Positions 18,429 to 28,486 of a stretch of DNA of 64,000 nt are shown here, in pieces. The stretch is from Candidatus Eiseniibacteriota bacterium (GTDB taxonomy: Bacteria > Eisenbacteria > RBG-16-71-46). Below the pieces are notes generated by a model. The model saw only the letters and a program-made list of their open reading frames with translations. It was not told where the DNA came from and made no database searches. The stretch spans positions 1 to 64,000 of the forward strand of contig JANLWX010000075.1 in assembly GCA_031364845.1 (NCBI GenBank), written 5' to 3'. The position numbers and the translations under genes are program-made. Each line of letters opens with the position of its first letter. The stretch's first letter is position 1.

Positions 18429-19988
18429 ATGCGGCGTCATCTCGCTGGATTGCTCATGTCGATCGCCGCGCTGTCGTCGCCTGCCGCGCATGCCGCGCAG
18501 GTGCCGGACGGCTTCACCATGGAAACCGTGGTGGCCGGGTTCTACGAACCCAACAGCATGGCGTTCCTTCCGGACTGGCGCATCCTCATCACCGAGCAGC
18601 ACACGGGGAAGGTGCGGCTGGTGGTCGGCGGCATACCCTCGATGATCGATCCGATCTATCTGGTCCCGGATCTCAACGCCGATGCCTACGAACGGGGCCT
18701 GCAAGGTATCGCAATCGATCCCGCGTGGCCGCAGCGGCCCTACGTTTACATCTACTACGATCAGACCGGCGGCCAGTGCAAGGTCGTGCGGCTCACGGCG
18801 ACCGGTGATCTCGACGATCCTTCGGGCAACTATCTCCATCTCGCGAATCCCATCACGATCCTCGATGGGATTCCCGATGCGCGCATCACCCACAACGGCG
18901 GCTGTCTGCGATTCGGACCCGACGGCCATCTGTACGTGAGCACCGGCGACGACGACGAACCGTGCGCGGCCGCCGATTCTTCTTCGCTGCTCGGCGCCAT
19001 CCTGCGCCTGCGCGTTCATGGCCTCGAAGAGAACGTCAACGGCCGCGTGACGCGCGACCTCATCACCCCCTACGACAATCCGCTCTCGACGCCCGATTCG
19101 AATGCGCGCCTGGTGTGGGCCTACGGCATGCGCAATCCGTGGCGATTCAATATCGATCCCTACACCGGCAAACTCTACAGCGCCGATGTCGGACTCATCA
19201 CGTACGAAGAGATCAACGAAATCCTGCCGGGCGATTATCTCGGCTGGCCGTATCGCGAAGGTCCGGCAGTTCGACCGCGCGGGGCGTGCCCCGAGCCCGG
19301 CGGCACCGGCGCCAACTACTACAAACCCGCGACCGTGAGCATGCTGCGCAATCCGGACGTGCTGGTCTCGATCTCGAGCGGCGGAGTCTATCGGCCGCTC
19401 GTTGGCGCCTCCTACAACTGGCCGTTCGAATTCAGCGGCGACTTCTTCTATGGCGAGTACTACACCGGCGATCTCTACCGGCTTCGCAATGTGAAGGGCG
19501 TATGGATGCCGGGCGATTCGCTGCCGGGCCAGCCGAGCGGAGGACGCTTTGCGACCGGATTGCCGTCCGCGGTCGACTTCCACGTCGGCCCCGATGGCAG
19601 CCTCTACTTCCTGTCGCAATACGACAGCAGCCTGGTCGGTCCGACCGGACGCATCCAGCGCATCCGCCATCTCGGCCCGCCGCCTCCGCTGTCGGTCGAC
19701 GAAGCCATGGTGAACCAGGTCTACTTCACCGGCACACCGAATCCGTTCGCCGGCGAGGCGCGCCTCGCGTTCCGTCTTCCGCGCTCAACGCAGGTTCGTC
19801 TCGACATCTACGATCTGTTGGGACGCCGTGTGCGACGCGTGCTCGATGGACCTGCGATCGCCGGTGAGACGCGCGTAGCGTGGGACGGTGCCGACGCCGC
19901 GGGACGCGCGGTCGGACCGGGTGTCTATCTCGCGCGCCTCGAGTTCCTCGGCGTGTCGAAGTCGATAAGGCTGGTGCGGCTCAAATAA
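18429..19988 (+). CDS. PQQ-dependent sugar dehydrogenase (GSDH) family protein with FlgD/T9SS-like C-terminal domain
   Basis: ERGLQGIA, HNGGCLRFGPDG and YGMRNPWRF motifs; tail PNPF...IYDLLGRRVR...WDG...GVY. Confidence 0.88.
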   Translation: MRRHLAGLLMSIAALSSPAAHAAQVPDGFTMETVVAGFYEPNSMAFLPDWRILITEQHTGKVRLVVGGIPSMIDPIYLVPDLNADAYERGLQGIAIDPAWPQRPYVYIYYDQTGGQCKVVRLTATGDLDDPSGNYLHLANPITILDGIPDARITHNGGCLRFGPDGHLYVSTGDDDEPCAAADSSSLLGAILRLRVHGLEENVNGRVTRDLITPYDNPLSTPDSNARLVWAYGMRNPWRFNIDPYTGKLYSADVGLITYEEINEILPGDYLGWPYREGPAVRPRGACPEPGGTGANYYKPATVSMLRNPDVLVSISSGGVYRPLVGASYNWPFEFSGDFFYGEYYTGDLYRLRNVKGVWMPGDSLPGQPSGGRFATGLPSAVDFHVGPDGSLYFLSQYDSSLVGPTGRIQRIRHLGPPPPLSVDEAMVNQVYFTGTPNPFAGEARLAFRLPRSTQVRLDIYDLLGRRVRRVLDGPAIAGETRVAWDGADAAGRAVGPGVYLARLEFLGVSKSIRLVRLK

Positions 19989-20016
19989 CCGTGACGACCT
20001 TTCGGGGTCGCCGCGC

Positions 20017-21186
20017 CTAAGATTCCCGCAAGCTCTTCGCGAGCGGTTGCCGCGCCGCGCGCAGTGACGGCAGGAACCCGCCCACCAACCCCATCAGCGC
20101 CGCGAACACGAGCCCCGCGATCAGCGCCTGCGGCGTGACGCGGAACGCGAACGCCAGTTCGCTGAACGAACTGAAGTTCGTGGTGCTGGTGACGATCCCG
20201 TTGATCGGCAGCGCGAGCAGGCATCCGATCAGGCCTCCGAACAGCGCCAGGATCACCGACTCGATCATGAACGACAGCATCACCGACAGCGGCGTGAAGC
20301 CGAGCACCAGCAGCGTCGCGATCTCTCGCGTGCGCGCGCCGACCGCGGCGTACATGGTGTTCATCGCGCCGAACACGGCACCGACCGCCATGATCACGGT
20401 GATGAACACGCCCATGAAGCGGATGATGTTGCCGAGCAGCTCGGACTGCGATGAGTAGAACTCACTCTCGCGACGCAACTGGATGCCGAGCCGCGGATCG
20501 GCTTCGAGCTGCTTCTCGAGTGCCGCGAACGAGGCCGGATCCTTGAGTCTGAACGTGACACTCTGGAACGTGTTGTCGCGCTGGAGCGCCGGCATCAGCA
20601 CCGCGTTGTCGCCCCAGATCTCAGACTCGAACGAGGCACCATCGCCGGTGAAGTGCCCGACGACCGTGAAGTCGCGTTGCTGAAAACGGATCCGCTCGCC
20701 AATGCCACAGTTCTCGAATCGCTTCGCGATGCGTTCCCCGACGATCACTTCGTCGGTGCCGGGCGCGAACATGCGGCCGCTTACGATCTTGATCTGAGGC
20801 CTAAGCCCGAGAGAACCGGGATCGATGCCGCGCACGGTGATGTTGGACGAGCCCGGCTGGCCGAGACGCGGCTTGTTGGTGACCACGACGAGGTCGGCGC
20901 TCACGAGCGGCCGGCCGTCGCTGCCGGTCGCGACTCCGGGCAGCGCCCGCAGGATGTTGGCCTGATCACGGCTGATGCCGCTCGAGATCTCGCTGCCGGC
21001 GCCCTTGCGCAACGCCATCGCGTTGTCGCTCGAGCCGCTCTTGATCAGTGCCGCCTGAAAGCCCGACGCGAGCGCGAGCGCTCCGATGAAGATCGCCACC
21101 GTGAGCCCGACCCCGAGTGCGGTGGTCAGCGTCGAGACCGGCCGCTGGAACACGTTGCGCAGATTGTACGAGAGTGGAATCGCCAC
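20017..21186 (-). CDS. ABC transporter permease (MacB/FtsX-like)
   Basis: NTMYAAV.ARTREIATL..LGF; four TM segments with a large periplasmic domain. Confidence 0.9.
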   Translation of the reverse strand: MAIPLSYNLRNVFQRPVSTLTTALGVGLTVAIFIGALALASGFQAALIKSGSSDNAMALRKGAGSEISSGISRDQANILRALPGVATGSDGRPLVSADLVVVTNKPRLGQPGSSNITVRGIDPGSLGLRPQIKIVSGRMFAPGTDEVIVGERIAKRFENCGIGERIRFQQRDFTVVGHFTGDGASFESEIWGDNAVLMPALQRDNTFQSVTFRLKDPASFAALEKQLEADPRLGIQLRRESEFYSSQSELLGNIIRFMGVFITVIMAVGAVFGAMNTMYAAVGARTREIATLLVLGFTPLSVMLSFMIESVILALFGGLIGCLLALPINGIVTSTTNFSSFSELAFAFRVTPQALIAGLVFAALMGLVGGFLPSLRAARQPLAKSLRES

Positions 21187-21196
21187 GATCGGTCTC

Positions 21197-22393
21197 CTAG
21201 TTGACGCGACGCAGCGCGTCGACGATTCGCAGCTTCGAGGCCTGCCAGGCCGGGATCAATCCGCTCACGGCGCCCACCAGCAGTGCCACGCCGATGCCGG
21301 TGCCCACCGTCCGCCAGTGCACGCTCATCGGCGGCAACATGCCGCCCGCGTTGAATCCCGAGTTCTCGATCAGCAGCTTGGCGCCGATGGCTCCGATCGA
21401 TCCACCGATCAGCGTGATCGCCGCGGCCTCGATCAGCACCATGCGGAACACGGTGCCGTCCTCGAACCCGAGCGTCTTCAGCACGCCGAATTCATTGGTG
21501 CGCTCGCGGATCGCCATCACCATCGTGTTGGCGGCGACCAGCAGAATCGCGAAGGCGACCGCGAGGCCGATGACGCGGATCACGAACGGCAGGTTGCCGT
21601 ACATGCTGACGAATCCGGCCTGGAACGCGCGCTCCGACTCGGTGCGCGTCGCGGCGGAGGAGTTCTGGAACGTCGCGTCGATCTTGCGCGCGATGTCCGC
21701 CGCCTGATCAGGCGCCGAGAGTTGCAGCACGTAGACACCGACGCTGCCGCTGCCGCCCATGCCCTTCTCGCTCAGATAGTCCCAGTGGAAGAACATCGTC
21801 TCGTCGCCGAACGACTTGTTCTTCGCGCGGTACACCGCACGGATCGTGAGCGGCCACTCGCCAGGATAGATCGTGCCCGCGAGCGTGATGGTCTGGCCCA
21901 GCTTCCACTTGTTCTTGAGCATCAGCTTCTCGCCGACCACGCACGCGGTGCGCTCCATCATGTACGACGCGAGCTTGGGGTCCATGCCGGAAGGCATCGC
22001 CACCTGCATCTGCGGCGGCGAAGCGTCGACGATCTCCATGTCGGACGCGTAGATCGGAAAGAATGTCTTCCCATCGACCGCGAACTGCGCGAAGAAATTG
22101 CGCGGGTCCTTCGGATCCTGTCCGCCGAACCAGTTCTGGATCGTGACGTTGCTGACCCCGGGTGTGGCGGCGATGCGCTCGCGATAGGACAGCGGCATCG
22201 GGAAGATCAGCGAGATCGCGTTGCGCGACACGAGCCGCGTCTCGCTGCCGACCTCGATCGCCGCGTTCAGCGTGTCGAGCACTCCGCCGAGCGCGCAGAA
22301 AAGGAACAGCGCGACCATGACGCTCATCGTGGTGAGAAACGTCCGGCGCTTGTTGCGGCCGAGGTTGACGAGCACGAGTTTCAGGAAATTCAT
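21197..22393 (-). CDS. ABC transporter permease (MacB/FtsX-like)
   Basis: NLGRNKRRTFLT; NTMVMAIRERTNEFGVLKTLGF. Confidence 0.9.
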   Translation of the reverse strand: MNFLKLVLVNLGRNKRRTFLTTMSVMVALFLFCALGGVLDTLNAAIEVGSETRLVSRNAISLIFPMPLSYRERIAATPGVSNVTIQNWFGGQDPKDPRNFFAQFAVDGKTFFPIYASDMEIVDASPPQMQVAMPSGMDPKLASYMMERTACVVGEKLMLKNKWKLGQTITLAGTIYPGEWPLTIRAVYRAKNKSFGDETMFFHWDYLSEKGMGGSGSVGVYVLQLSAPDQAADIARKIDATFQNSSAATRTESERAFQAGFVSMYGNLPFVIRVIGLAVAFAILLVAANTMVMAIRERTNEFGVLKTLGFEDGTVFRMVLIEAAAITLIGGSIGAIGAKLLIENSGFNAGGMLPPMSVHWRTVGTGIGVALLVGAVSGLIPAWQASKLRIVDALRRVN

Positions 22394-22406
22394 AGCGATC
22401 CCCGCG

Positions 22407-23078
22407 TCATTGGGAGAGAACGCCCTTGTCGAGGTGATGCACGTGCGTCGCGCGCTCGGCGGCGTGCGGATCGTGGGTCACCATGATGATCGTCTTCTTG
22501 AATTCGCGATTGAGCCGCTCGAGCAACTGGAGAATCTCTTCGCCCGCCTTGCGGTCGAGATCGCCGGTCGGCTCGTCGGCGAGCAGAATCGCGGGATCGC
22601 TCACCACGGCGCGCGCGATCGCGACGCGCTGCTCCTGGCCGCCCGAGAGCTGGCGCGGATAGTGGCTCATGCGATCGCCGAGCCCGACCAGCTGCAGCGC
22701 AGTCTCCGCGCGGCGCTTGCGCTCCTTGCCGCTCATCTTGAGCAGCAGCAGGGGAAGCTCGACGTTCTGCAGCGCGGTCAGCACGGGAATCAAATTGTAG
22801 AGCTGGAAGATGTAGCCGATGTTGCGCGAGCGCCAGCGCGCGAGCTGCGGGCCGCGCACTTGGGCGATGTTGGTCTCGCCGACGATGATGTCGCCCGAGG
22901 TCGGCGCGTCGATGCCGCCGATCAGATTCAGCAGCGTGGTCTTGCCGCTGCCCGAGGGTCCCATGAGACCGGCGAAGTCGCCGTCGGGGATGTCGAGCGA
23001 GAGACCATCGAGAACCGTCACTTCCTGCGTGTCGCGCTTGTAGACCTTGCGGACGTTGCGGACCTGGATCGAAGCCAT
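22407..23078 (-). CDS. ABC transporter ATP-binding protein (LolD/MacB-like)
   Basis: [23 protein letters not shown] and VTHD motifs. Confidence 0.95.
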   Translation of the reverse strand: MASIQVRNVRKVYKRDTQEVTVLDGLSLDIPDGDFAGLMGPSGSGKTTLLNLIGGIDAPTSGDIIVGETNIAQVRGPQLARWRSRNIGYIFQLYNLIPVLTALQNVELPLLLLKMSGKERKRRAETALQLVGLGDRMSHYPRQLSGGQEQRVAIARAVVSDPAILLADEPTGDLDRKAGEEILQLLERLNREFKKTIIMVTHDPHAAERATHVHHLDKGVLSQ

Positions 23079-23151
23079 GCGGTCTCCTGTGGATCGCGGT
23101 GTTTCGGTGCGGCCGCGTCCGGCGTCTGCCGAGCGCGCGTTCCTCGCGCGG

Positions 23152-24333
23152 CTACTTCGCGGCGCGCACGCGCGCGCCTTCCTTGAGTCCCGAAGGCGGC
23201 GCGAGCACCAGGCTCTCTCCGCCGCTCAGGCCCGAGCGGATCTCGATGCTCTCTCCGTTCTCACGCCCCGGCTCGACCGTGCGCGAGACAGCGCGCTCCT
23301 TCTCGATCATCCACACCCGCGCGCTCTGCGCATCGCGCACCAGTGCTGCGACCGGAATCGTGACCCGCACCGGTGCTGCCGGGGCCGAGGTTCCCGCTTC
23401 GGCGGTGAACACGACCTTGGCGCCCATCTCGGGCAGGATGCGAGGATCGCGATCGAGAATCGCGACCTTCACCAGCACCGTCGCCTTCTGGCGGTCCGCG
23501 GTCGGCACCACCTGGCGCACACTGCCCGCGAACGAAGTGTCGGAGTACGCGTCGAGGGTGATGCGCGCCTCGTCGCCATTGTGGATCTGCGCGATATACG
23601 CCTCGTTCACGTCGACCTCGACTTCGAGCGTTCCGAGATCGGCCATCGTCACGATCGCGGTGCGCGTGAGCCCGCCGCCCGCCGAGGCGGGGGAGACGAT
23701 CTCGCCGACCTCGGCGTCCTTGCGCAGGATGGTGCCGTCGAACGGCGCTCGCACCAGCGTGTTCTCGAGCGTGGCGTCGGCGATGCGCTTCTGCGCGCGC
23801 GCGGTGTTGATGCCGGCCTTCAGCACTTCGACGCGCGTCATGACGTTCTCGAGTTCCGCCGGAGGAATCAGATCCTGCTTCCGCAGCGCCTGCGCACGTT
23901 CGAGGTCGCGTTCGGCCTGTGCCAGTTGTGCGCGCGCCTCGCCGATCTGCGCCTGCGCCGCTTCGACCTGAGCGCTGAAAATCCCGCTTTCGATGCGCGC
24001 GATCACCTGGCCCTTCTTCACGCGCGCGCCTTCGGTGACGCCCAAATACTCCATGCGGCCCGCGATCTTGGCCGACACCGACGCCTTGGTGCGCGCGACG
24101 ACGTAGCCGTTGGCCGAAATGCCGGCGCCCGACACCGCCGTACCGCCCGTCACGGTCGCGGTGGTCGTCTGCACGGTCAGCGCCTTCGGCGAGCGCAGGA
24201 ACCACCACGCCCCCGCGAGCACGACCAGCGCCACGAGCGCGAACAGCACGATCCGTCCGCGCCCGCCGGAGGGCGCCGGGCTCGGGTCACGATTGATGCG
24301 CAGATCGGAAATGTTCGGGGGTGCGGTGCTCAT
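23152..24333 (-). CDS. Efflux periplasmic adaptor (membrane fusion protein)
   Basis: N-terminal TM; VTEGARVKKGQ lipoyl half-motif; coiled coil; RAPFDG; LPEM. Confidence 0.92.
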   Translation of the reverse strand: MSTAPPNISDLRINRDPSPAPSGGRGRIVLFALVALVVLAGAWWFLRSPKALTVQTTTATVTGGTAVSGAGISANGYVVARTKASVSAKIAGRMEYLGVTEGARVKKGQVIARIESGIFSAQVEAAQAQIGEARAQLAQAERDLERAQALRKQDLIPPAELENVMTRVEVLKAGINTARAQKRIADATLENTLVRAPFDGTILRKDAEVGEIVSPASAGGGLTRTAIVTMADLGTLEVEVDVNEAYIAQIHNGDEARITLDAYSDTSFAGSVRQVVPTADRQKATVLVKVAILDRDPRILPEMGAKVVFTAEAGTSAPAAPVRVTIPVAALVRDAQSARVWMIEKERAVSRTVEPGRENGESIEIRSGLSGGESLVLAPPSGLKEGARVRAAK

Positions 24334-24532
24334 AGGGCCTCTGAGCCGACGGCGTGCGCGGATCGATGGGGGCGGATGCGACGCGCATGATCGGCCACCG
24401 CGCGGGACAGGGTCAAGGCCGCGGCGTCGGGGTTGCCTGCGCTGGCGGTTCATGAATAGTCCGGGTTAGACTTCGAGCAATTGCAGCCGTGGTCGGTTCG
24501 ACCCCGATCGAGGGCCATCCCCGGAGGAAACC

Positions 24533-24772
24533 ATGCCGTTCGTGATCGCGGAGCCGTGCATCGGCGTCAAGGACAAGTCCTGCGTCGAAGTGTGCCCGGT
24601 CAACTGCATCTATGAAGGTGACGACCAGTTCTACATCCATCCCGACGAGTGCATCGATTGTCAGGCGTGCGAGGCCGCGTGCCCGGTGCAGGCGATTTTT
24701 CCGGACAACGGCGTGCCCGACAAATGGAAGTCGTTCATCGAGAAGAATCGCGTTCACTTCGAGAACAAGTGA
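24533..24772 (+). CDS. Ferredoxin (FdxA-like, two Fe-S clusters)
   Basis: CIGVKDKSCVEVCPVNCI...ECIDCQACEAACPV; GGAGG RBS. Confidence 0.95.
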   Translation: MPFVIAEPCIGVKDKSCVEVCPVNCIYEGDDQFYIHPDECIDCQACEAACPVQAIFPDNGVPDKWKSFIEKNRVHFENK

Positions 24773-25335
24773 ACACGACGCTGCCCGGCCGTGAGCAGGC
24801 ACTCGCCCTGCTCCACGATTGGATCCAGAACCCCGGACTGCGCAAGCACTGCTACGCCGTCGAAGCCGGGATGCGTGCCTACGCGCGGCAGCTCGGCGAA
24901 GACGAAGAACGCTGGGGGCTCACCGGCCTGATCCACGACTTCGACTGGGAGCGCCATCCCGACGCGGAGCGCCATCCGATGCTCGGCGTCGATCATCTGC
25001 GATCGCTCGGCTGGCCCGAGGACATCTGCCGCGCCGTGCTCGGCCACGCGACCTACAGCGGCGTTCCGCGCGACACGCCGATGGCGCGCGCGCTGTTTGC
25101 GTGCGATGAACTGTGCGGGTTCTTGGTGGCCTGCGCGCTCGTGATGCCCACGAAATCGCTCGCCGATGTCGAAGTCGCCTCGGTGAAGAAGAAGCTCAAG
25201 CGCCTCGACTTCGCCCGCAACGTCAATCGCGACGACATCGTGAACGGAGCTGCCGAACTCGGCGTCGATCTCGATCAGCACATCGCCTTCACGCTCGAGG
25301 CGCTTCGCGGGATTCACGCGGAACTCGGCCTGTGA
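24769..25335 (+). CDS. HD-domain hydrolase
   Basis: LRKHC, GLIHDFD and LFACDEL motifs; GTGA overlap with ferredoxin. Confidence 0.88.
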   Translation: MNTTLPGREQALALLHDWIQNPGLRKHCYAVEAGMRAYARQLGEDEERWGLTGLIHDFDWERHPDAERHPMLGVDHLRSLGWPEDICRAVLGHATYSGVPRDTPMARALFACDELCGFLVACALVMPTKSLADVEVASVKKKLKRLDFARNVNRDDIVNGAAELGVDLDQHIAFTLEALRGIHAELGL

Positions 25336-26000
25336 TCGCAACCGTGCTGGCCGCGATCGCCGACAGCTCCGCGCACTTTCCCGGGGCCACACTCACGATG
25401 GGCGCCGCCGCCGACTCCGCGGACTACGCGATGAGGCTCGCGCGCCTTCACGAGTACCGCGCGTTCGTCGACCGCTGGCACGAGTTCTACCTCATGGTCG
25501 GCACCGCCGCCGTGACGCTCGCCGGACTTCTGTTCGTCGCGTTGTCGCTGCATCTCGAAGTGCTGGTGCAGGACCGTTTCGCCGCGCTGCTCGTGGTCGC
25601 GCGTTCGACGCTCAGCACGTTCGTCGTGCTGCTGATCGTCTCGCTCATGCTGCTCGCACCTGAACCCACGACCCGCACGACCGGTGTCACGCTGTTCGTG
25701 TTCTCGACGATCTTCCTGGTCGTGACCGTGCGCGAGATGCGCGGCGCGTTCCGCCACGAACACGCGGAGTTCTCGAAGAAGCTGATCCGGCGCCGGCTGC
25801 TGTTCCCGGTGTTCGGCTACGCGCTGATTGGGTTGATTGGACTCTCGGTGATGTTCGGGGTCTTCGAGATGCTGTATCTCATGGTCAGCATCGCCTCGGG
25901 CCTACTCGCGAACGCGGTGTGGGCGTCGTGGGACCTGCTCGTGAAGGTCGCGCGCACGAAGGAGCGGATGAAGTCCGAAACGCCGGGCAACGGCCTGTGA
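25332..26000 (+). CDS. Hypothetical integral membrane protein
   Basis: WHEFYLMVGTAAVTLAGLLFVALSL and about 5 TM segments; start uncertain. Confidence 0.7.
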   Translation: MIATVLAAIADSSAHFPGATLTMGAAADSADYAMRLARLHEYRAFVDRWHEFYLMVGTAAVTLAGLLFVALSLHLEVLVQDRFAALLVVARSTLSTFVVLLIVSLMLLAPEPTTRTTGVTLFVFSTIFLVVTVREMRGAFRHEHAEFSKKLIRRRLLFPVFGYALIGLIGLSVMFGVFEMLYLMVSIASGLLANAVWASWDLLVKVARTKERMKSETPGNGL

Positions 26001-26115
26001 CGGGCTTCGGCGACACGCGCACCGGATGCTATGGTCGCACCGATGCCGGCTGCCCGAACGCGGCCGGAGAGCGTTGCCCGCGGGGCAGCACGATCGACAT
26101 CACCGGGGGCATCCC

Positions 26116-27150
26116 ATGACTGGCATGATCGTGAGGGCGAGAGCACCGCTGAGGCTGGGACTCGCCGGCGGCGGCACCGACGTTTCGCCCTATTGCGACG
26201 AGTTCGGCGGATGCGTGCTCAACGCGACCATCGACCGCTACGCCTACGCCATCATCCACACGCTGGAAAAACCGCTCATCCGGCTGATCTCGACCGATCG
26301 CCAGCAGGTGATCGAACTCCCGCTCGCGCCGCGGCTCGATCTCGACGGGCAGCTCGACCTGCACAAGGCGGTCTACAACCGGATCGTGAACGAGTTCAAC
26401 GGCGGCGTTCCGCTCGCGGTCGAGCTGACCACGTCATGCGACGCGCCCGTGGGCTCGGGGCTCGGGGCTTCTTCGACGCTGGCAGTCGTGATGCTGAGGG
26501 CGTTCGCCGAGATGCTCAACCTGCCGCTCGACGATTATACGCTGGCGCACCTCGCCTACCAGGTCGAACGCGTGGATTGCGGACTTCAGGGCGGACGCCA
26601 GGACCAGTACGCCGCCACGTTCGGCGGATTCAATTTCATGGAGTTCTATGCCGATGACCGGGCAGTGATCAATTCGCTGCGGATCAAGAACTGGATCATC
26701 TGCGAACTCGAAGCGTCGCTGGTGCTGTTCTATACCGGTGTGTCGCGTGAATCGGCGAAGGTGATCGCGGACCAGAGCGCCAACGTGCAGTCGGGGGCCA
26801 CGAAGACGGTCGAGGCGATGCACGCGCTCAAGCGCGAAGCGTGGCGCATGAAGGAGTGCATCCTGCGCGGTGACTTCGCGGGCATCGTCGATTCGATGCG
26901 CGAGGGATGGGCGAGCAAGAAGGCGACTTCGACGTCGGTGTCGAGTCCGCACATCGAATCGATCTTCGAACAGGCGCTCGAGGCGGGTGCGGCCGCGGGC
27001 AAGATCTCGGGGGCGGGCGGCGGCGGATTCATGATGTTCTTCGTGCCGCCCGAGAAGCGCATGGATGTCATCCGCACGCTCGGACGATTCGAAGGCGAAG
27101 TCAGCAACTGCCACTTCACGAAGATCGGCACGCAGGGCTGGAGATTGTGA
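26116..27150 (+). CDS. hddA: D-glycero-alpha-D-manno-heptose-7-phosphate kinase (GHMP kinase)
   Basis: RAPLRLGLAGGGTD, PVGSGLGASS, GGRQDQY and KISGAGGGGF motifs; adjacent to gmhA. Confidence 0.88.
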   Translation: MTGMIVRARAPLRLGLAGGGTDVSPYCDEFGGCVLNATIDRYAYAIIHTLEKPLIRLISTDRQQVIELPLAPRLDLDGQLDLHKAVYNRIVNEFNGGVPLAVELTTSCDAPVGSGLGASSTLAVVMLRAFAEMLNLPLDDYTLAHLAYQVERVDCGLQGGRQDQYAATFGGFNFMEFYADDRAVINSLRIKNWIICELEASLVLFYTGVSRESAKVIADQSANVQSGATKTVEAMHALKREAWRMKECILRGDFAGIVDSMREGWASKKATSTSVSSPHIESIFEQALEAGAAAGKISGAGGGGFMMFFVPPEKRMDVIRTLGRFEGEVSNCHFTKIGTQGWRL

Positions 27151-27731
27151 TGCGCGCGTTCATCGGACAGGAACTGGAGAACAGCCGCGCCGTGGTCGCC
27201 GCCATGGCGGACGATGCGGCGCTGGCCACCGTCATCGAAGCGGTGGCGCGGGCCTCGATCGTCGCACTCCAGGCCGGAAACAAGATTCTATTGATGGGAA
27301 ATGGCGGAAGTGCGGCCGACGCGCAGCACCTGGCCGGCGAACTGGTGAGCCGCTTCGCCTACGACCGCCCGGGCCTGCCGGCGTTCGCGCTCACCACCGA
27401 CACGTCGGTGCTGACCGCGATCGGCAACGACTACGGCTACGAGCGGCTGTTCGCGCGCCAGGTCGAAGCGGTCGGCCGCCGCGGCGACGTGCTGTTCGGG
27501 ATCTCGACCTCCGGCAAGTCGCCGAACATTCTGGCCGCGCTCGAGGCCGCACGATCGCTCGGGATCATCACCGTCGGCATGACCGGCAACCACGGCGCCC
27601 GCATCGTCGAGCGGGTGGATCACTGCATCCAGATTCCGTCCGGCAGCACGCCCAAGATCCAGGAAGGCCACATCATCAGCGGGCACATCATCTGCGGCCT
27701 GATCGAACGCGCGATGTTTCCGCGCGATTGA
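27150..27731 (+). CDS. gmhA: Phosphoheptose isomerase
   Basis: GNGGSAADAQH, TAIGNDYG, ISTSGKS and IQEGH motifs. Confidence 0.95.
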   Translation: MRAFIGQELENSRAVVAAMADDAALATVIEAVARASIVALQAGNKILLMGNGGSAADAQHLAGELVSRFAYDRPGLPAFALTTDTSVLTAIGNDYGYERLFARQVEAVGRRGDVLFGISTSGKSPNILAALEAARSLGIITVGMTGNHGARIVERVDHCIQIPSGSTPKIQEGHIISGHIICGLIERAMFPRD

Positions 27732-27798
27732 CCCGCTGGGTTCCGGTGGGAGCGCGCGCATCGCTCCCGTCCTCATTCACGAGAGGCAGACGTCCGTC

Positions 27799-28452
27799 AT
27801 GAAAGACCTACTCAAGAAGACCCTCCCGAGGCCCGTGTTCGATTTCCTCAAAGGGATCTTCTATCGACTCCAGGTGATCCGCATCCGCACGATGGGCCGT
27901 CCCCGGTTCTATGGAGAGACGACCAAAGCGCACGCGCGCCGGCAGTCGGAGGGGTTCTTCGACAAGTACTGCCAGGGGCGCGGGCTCGACATCGGCTTCG
28001 GCGGCGACCCGATCACAGCCACCAGCGAAGGATGGGATTTCGAGGACGGTGACGCGCAGTATCTGAAGGGTCTCGAGAACGAGGCGTACGACTATGTCTA
28101 CGCCTCCCATACGATCGAGCACATGGTCGACGCCGATGTCGCTCTGAAGAACTGGTGGCGGGTGACGAAGCCGGGCGGCTATCTGCTGCTGTATCTGCCG
28201 CATCGCGAGTTGTACGAGAAGAAGAAAACACTCCCGTCGCGATTCAACTCGGATCACAAGCACTTCTTCCTGCCCGACCGCGACGAAGCGCCGGACACGA
28301 TCGGCGTCGTGCCGCTCATCCACCGCGCGCTGCCGGATGCCGAGATCGTCTACGTGAAGGAGTGTTCGGCCGGCCGCACCATCACGGATCCGAACATCAT
28401 GAGCGACGGCGAATTCTCGATCGAGGCCGTGATCCACAAGCCGAAGCGCTGA
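27799..28452 (+). CDS. Class I SAM-dependent methyltransferase
   Basis: GLDIGFGG, YDYVYASHTIEH and RVTKPGG motifs. Confidence 0.85.
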   Translation: MKDLLKKTLPRPVFDFLKGIFYRLQVIRIRTMGRPRFYGETTKAHARRQSEGFFDKYCQGRGLDIGFGGDPITATSEGWDFEDGDAQYLKGLENEAYDYVYASHTIEHMVDADVALKNWWRVTKPGGYLLLYLPHRELYEKKKTLPSRFNSDHKHFFLPDRDEAPDTIGVVPLIHRALPDAEIVYVKECSAGRTITDPNIMSDGEFSIEAVIHKPKR

Positions 28453-28486
28453 TCGCTTCGCTCTCCCCGCAGCGCGCTCCCGCCGG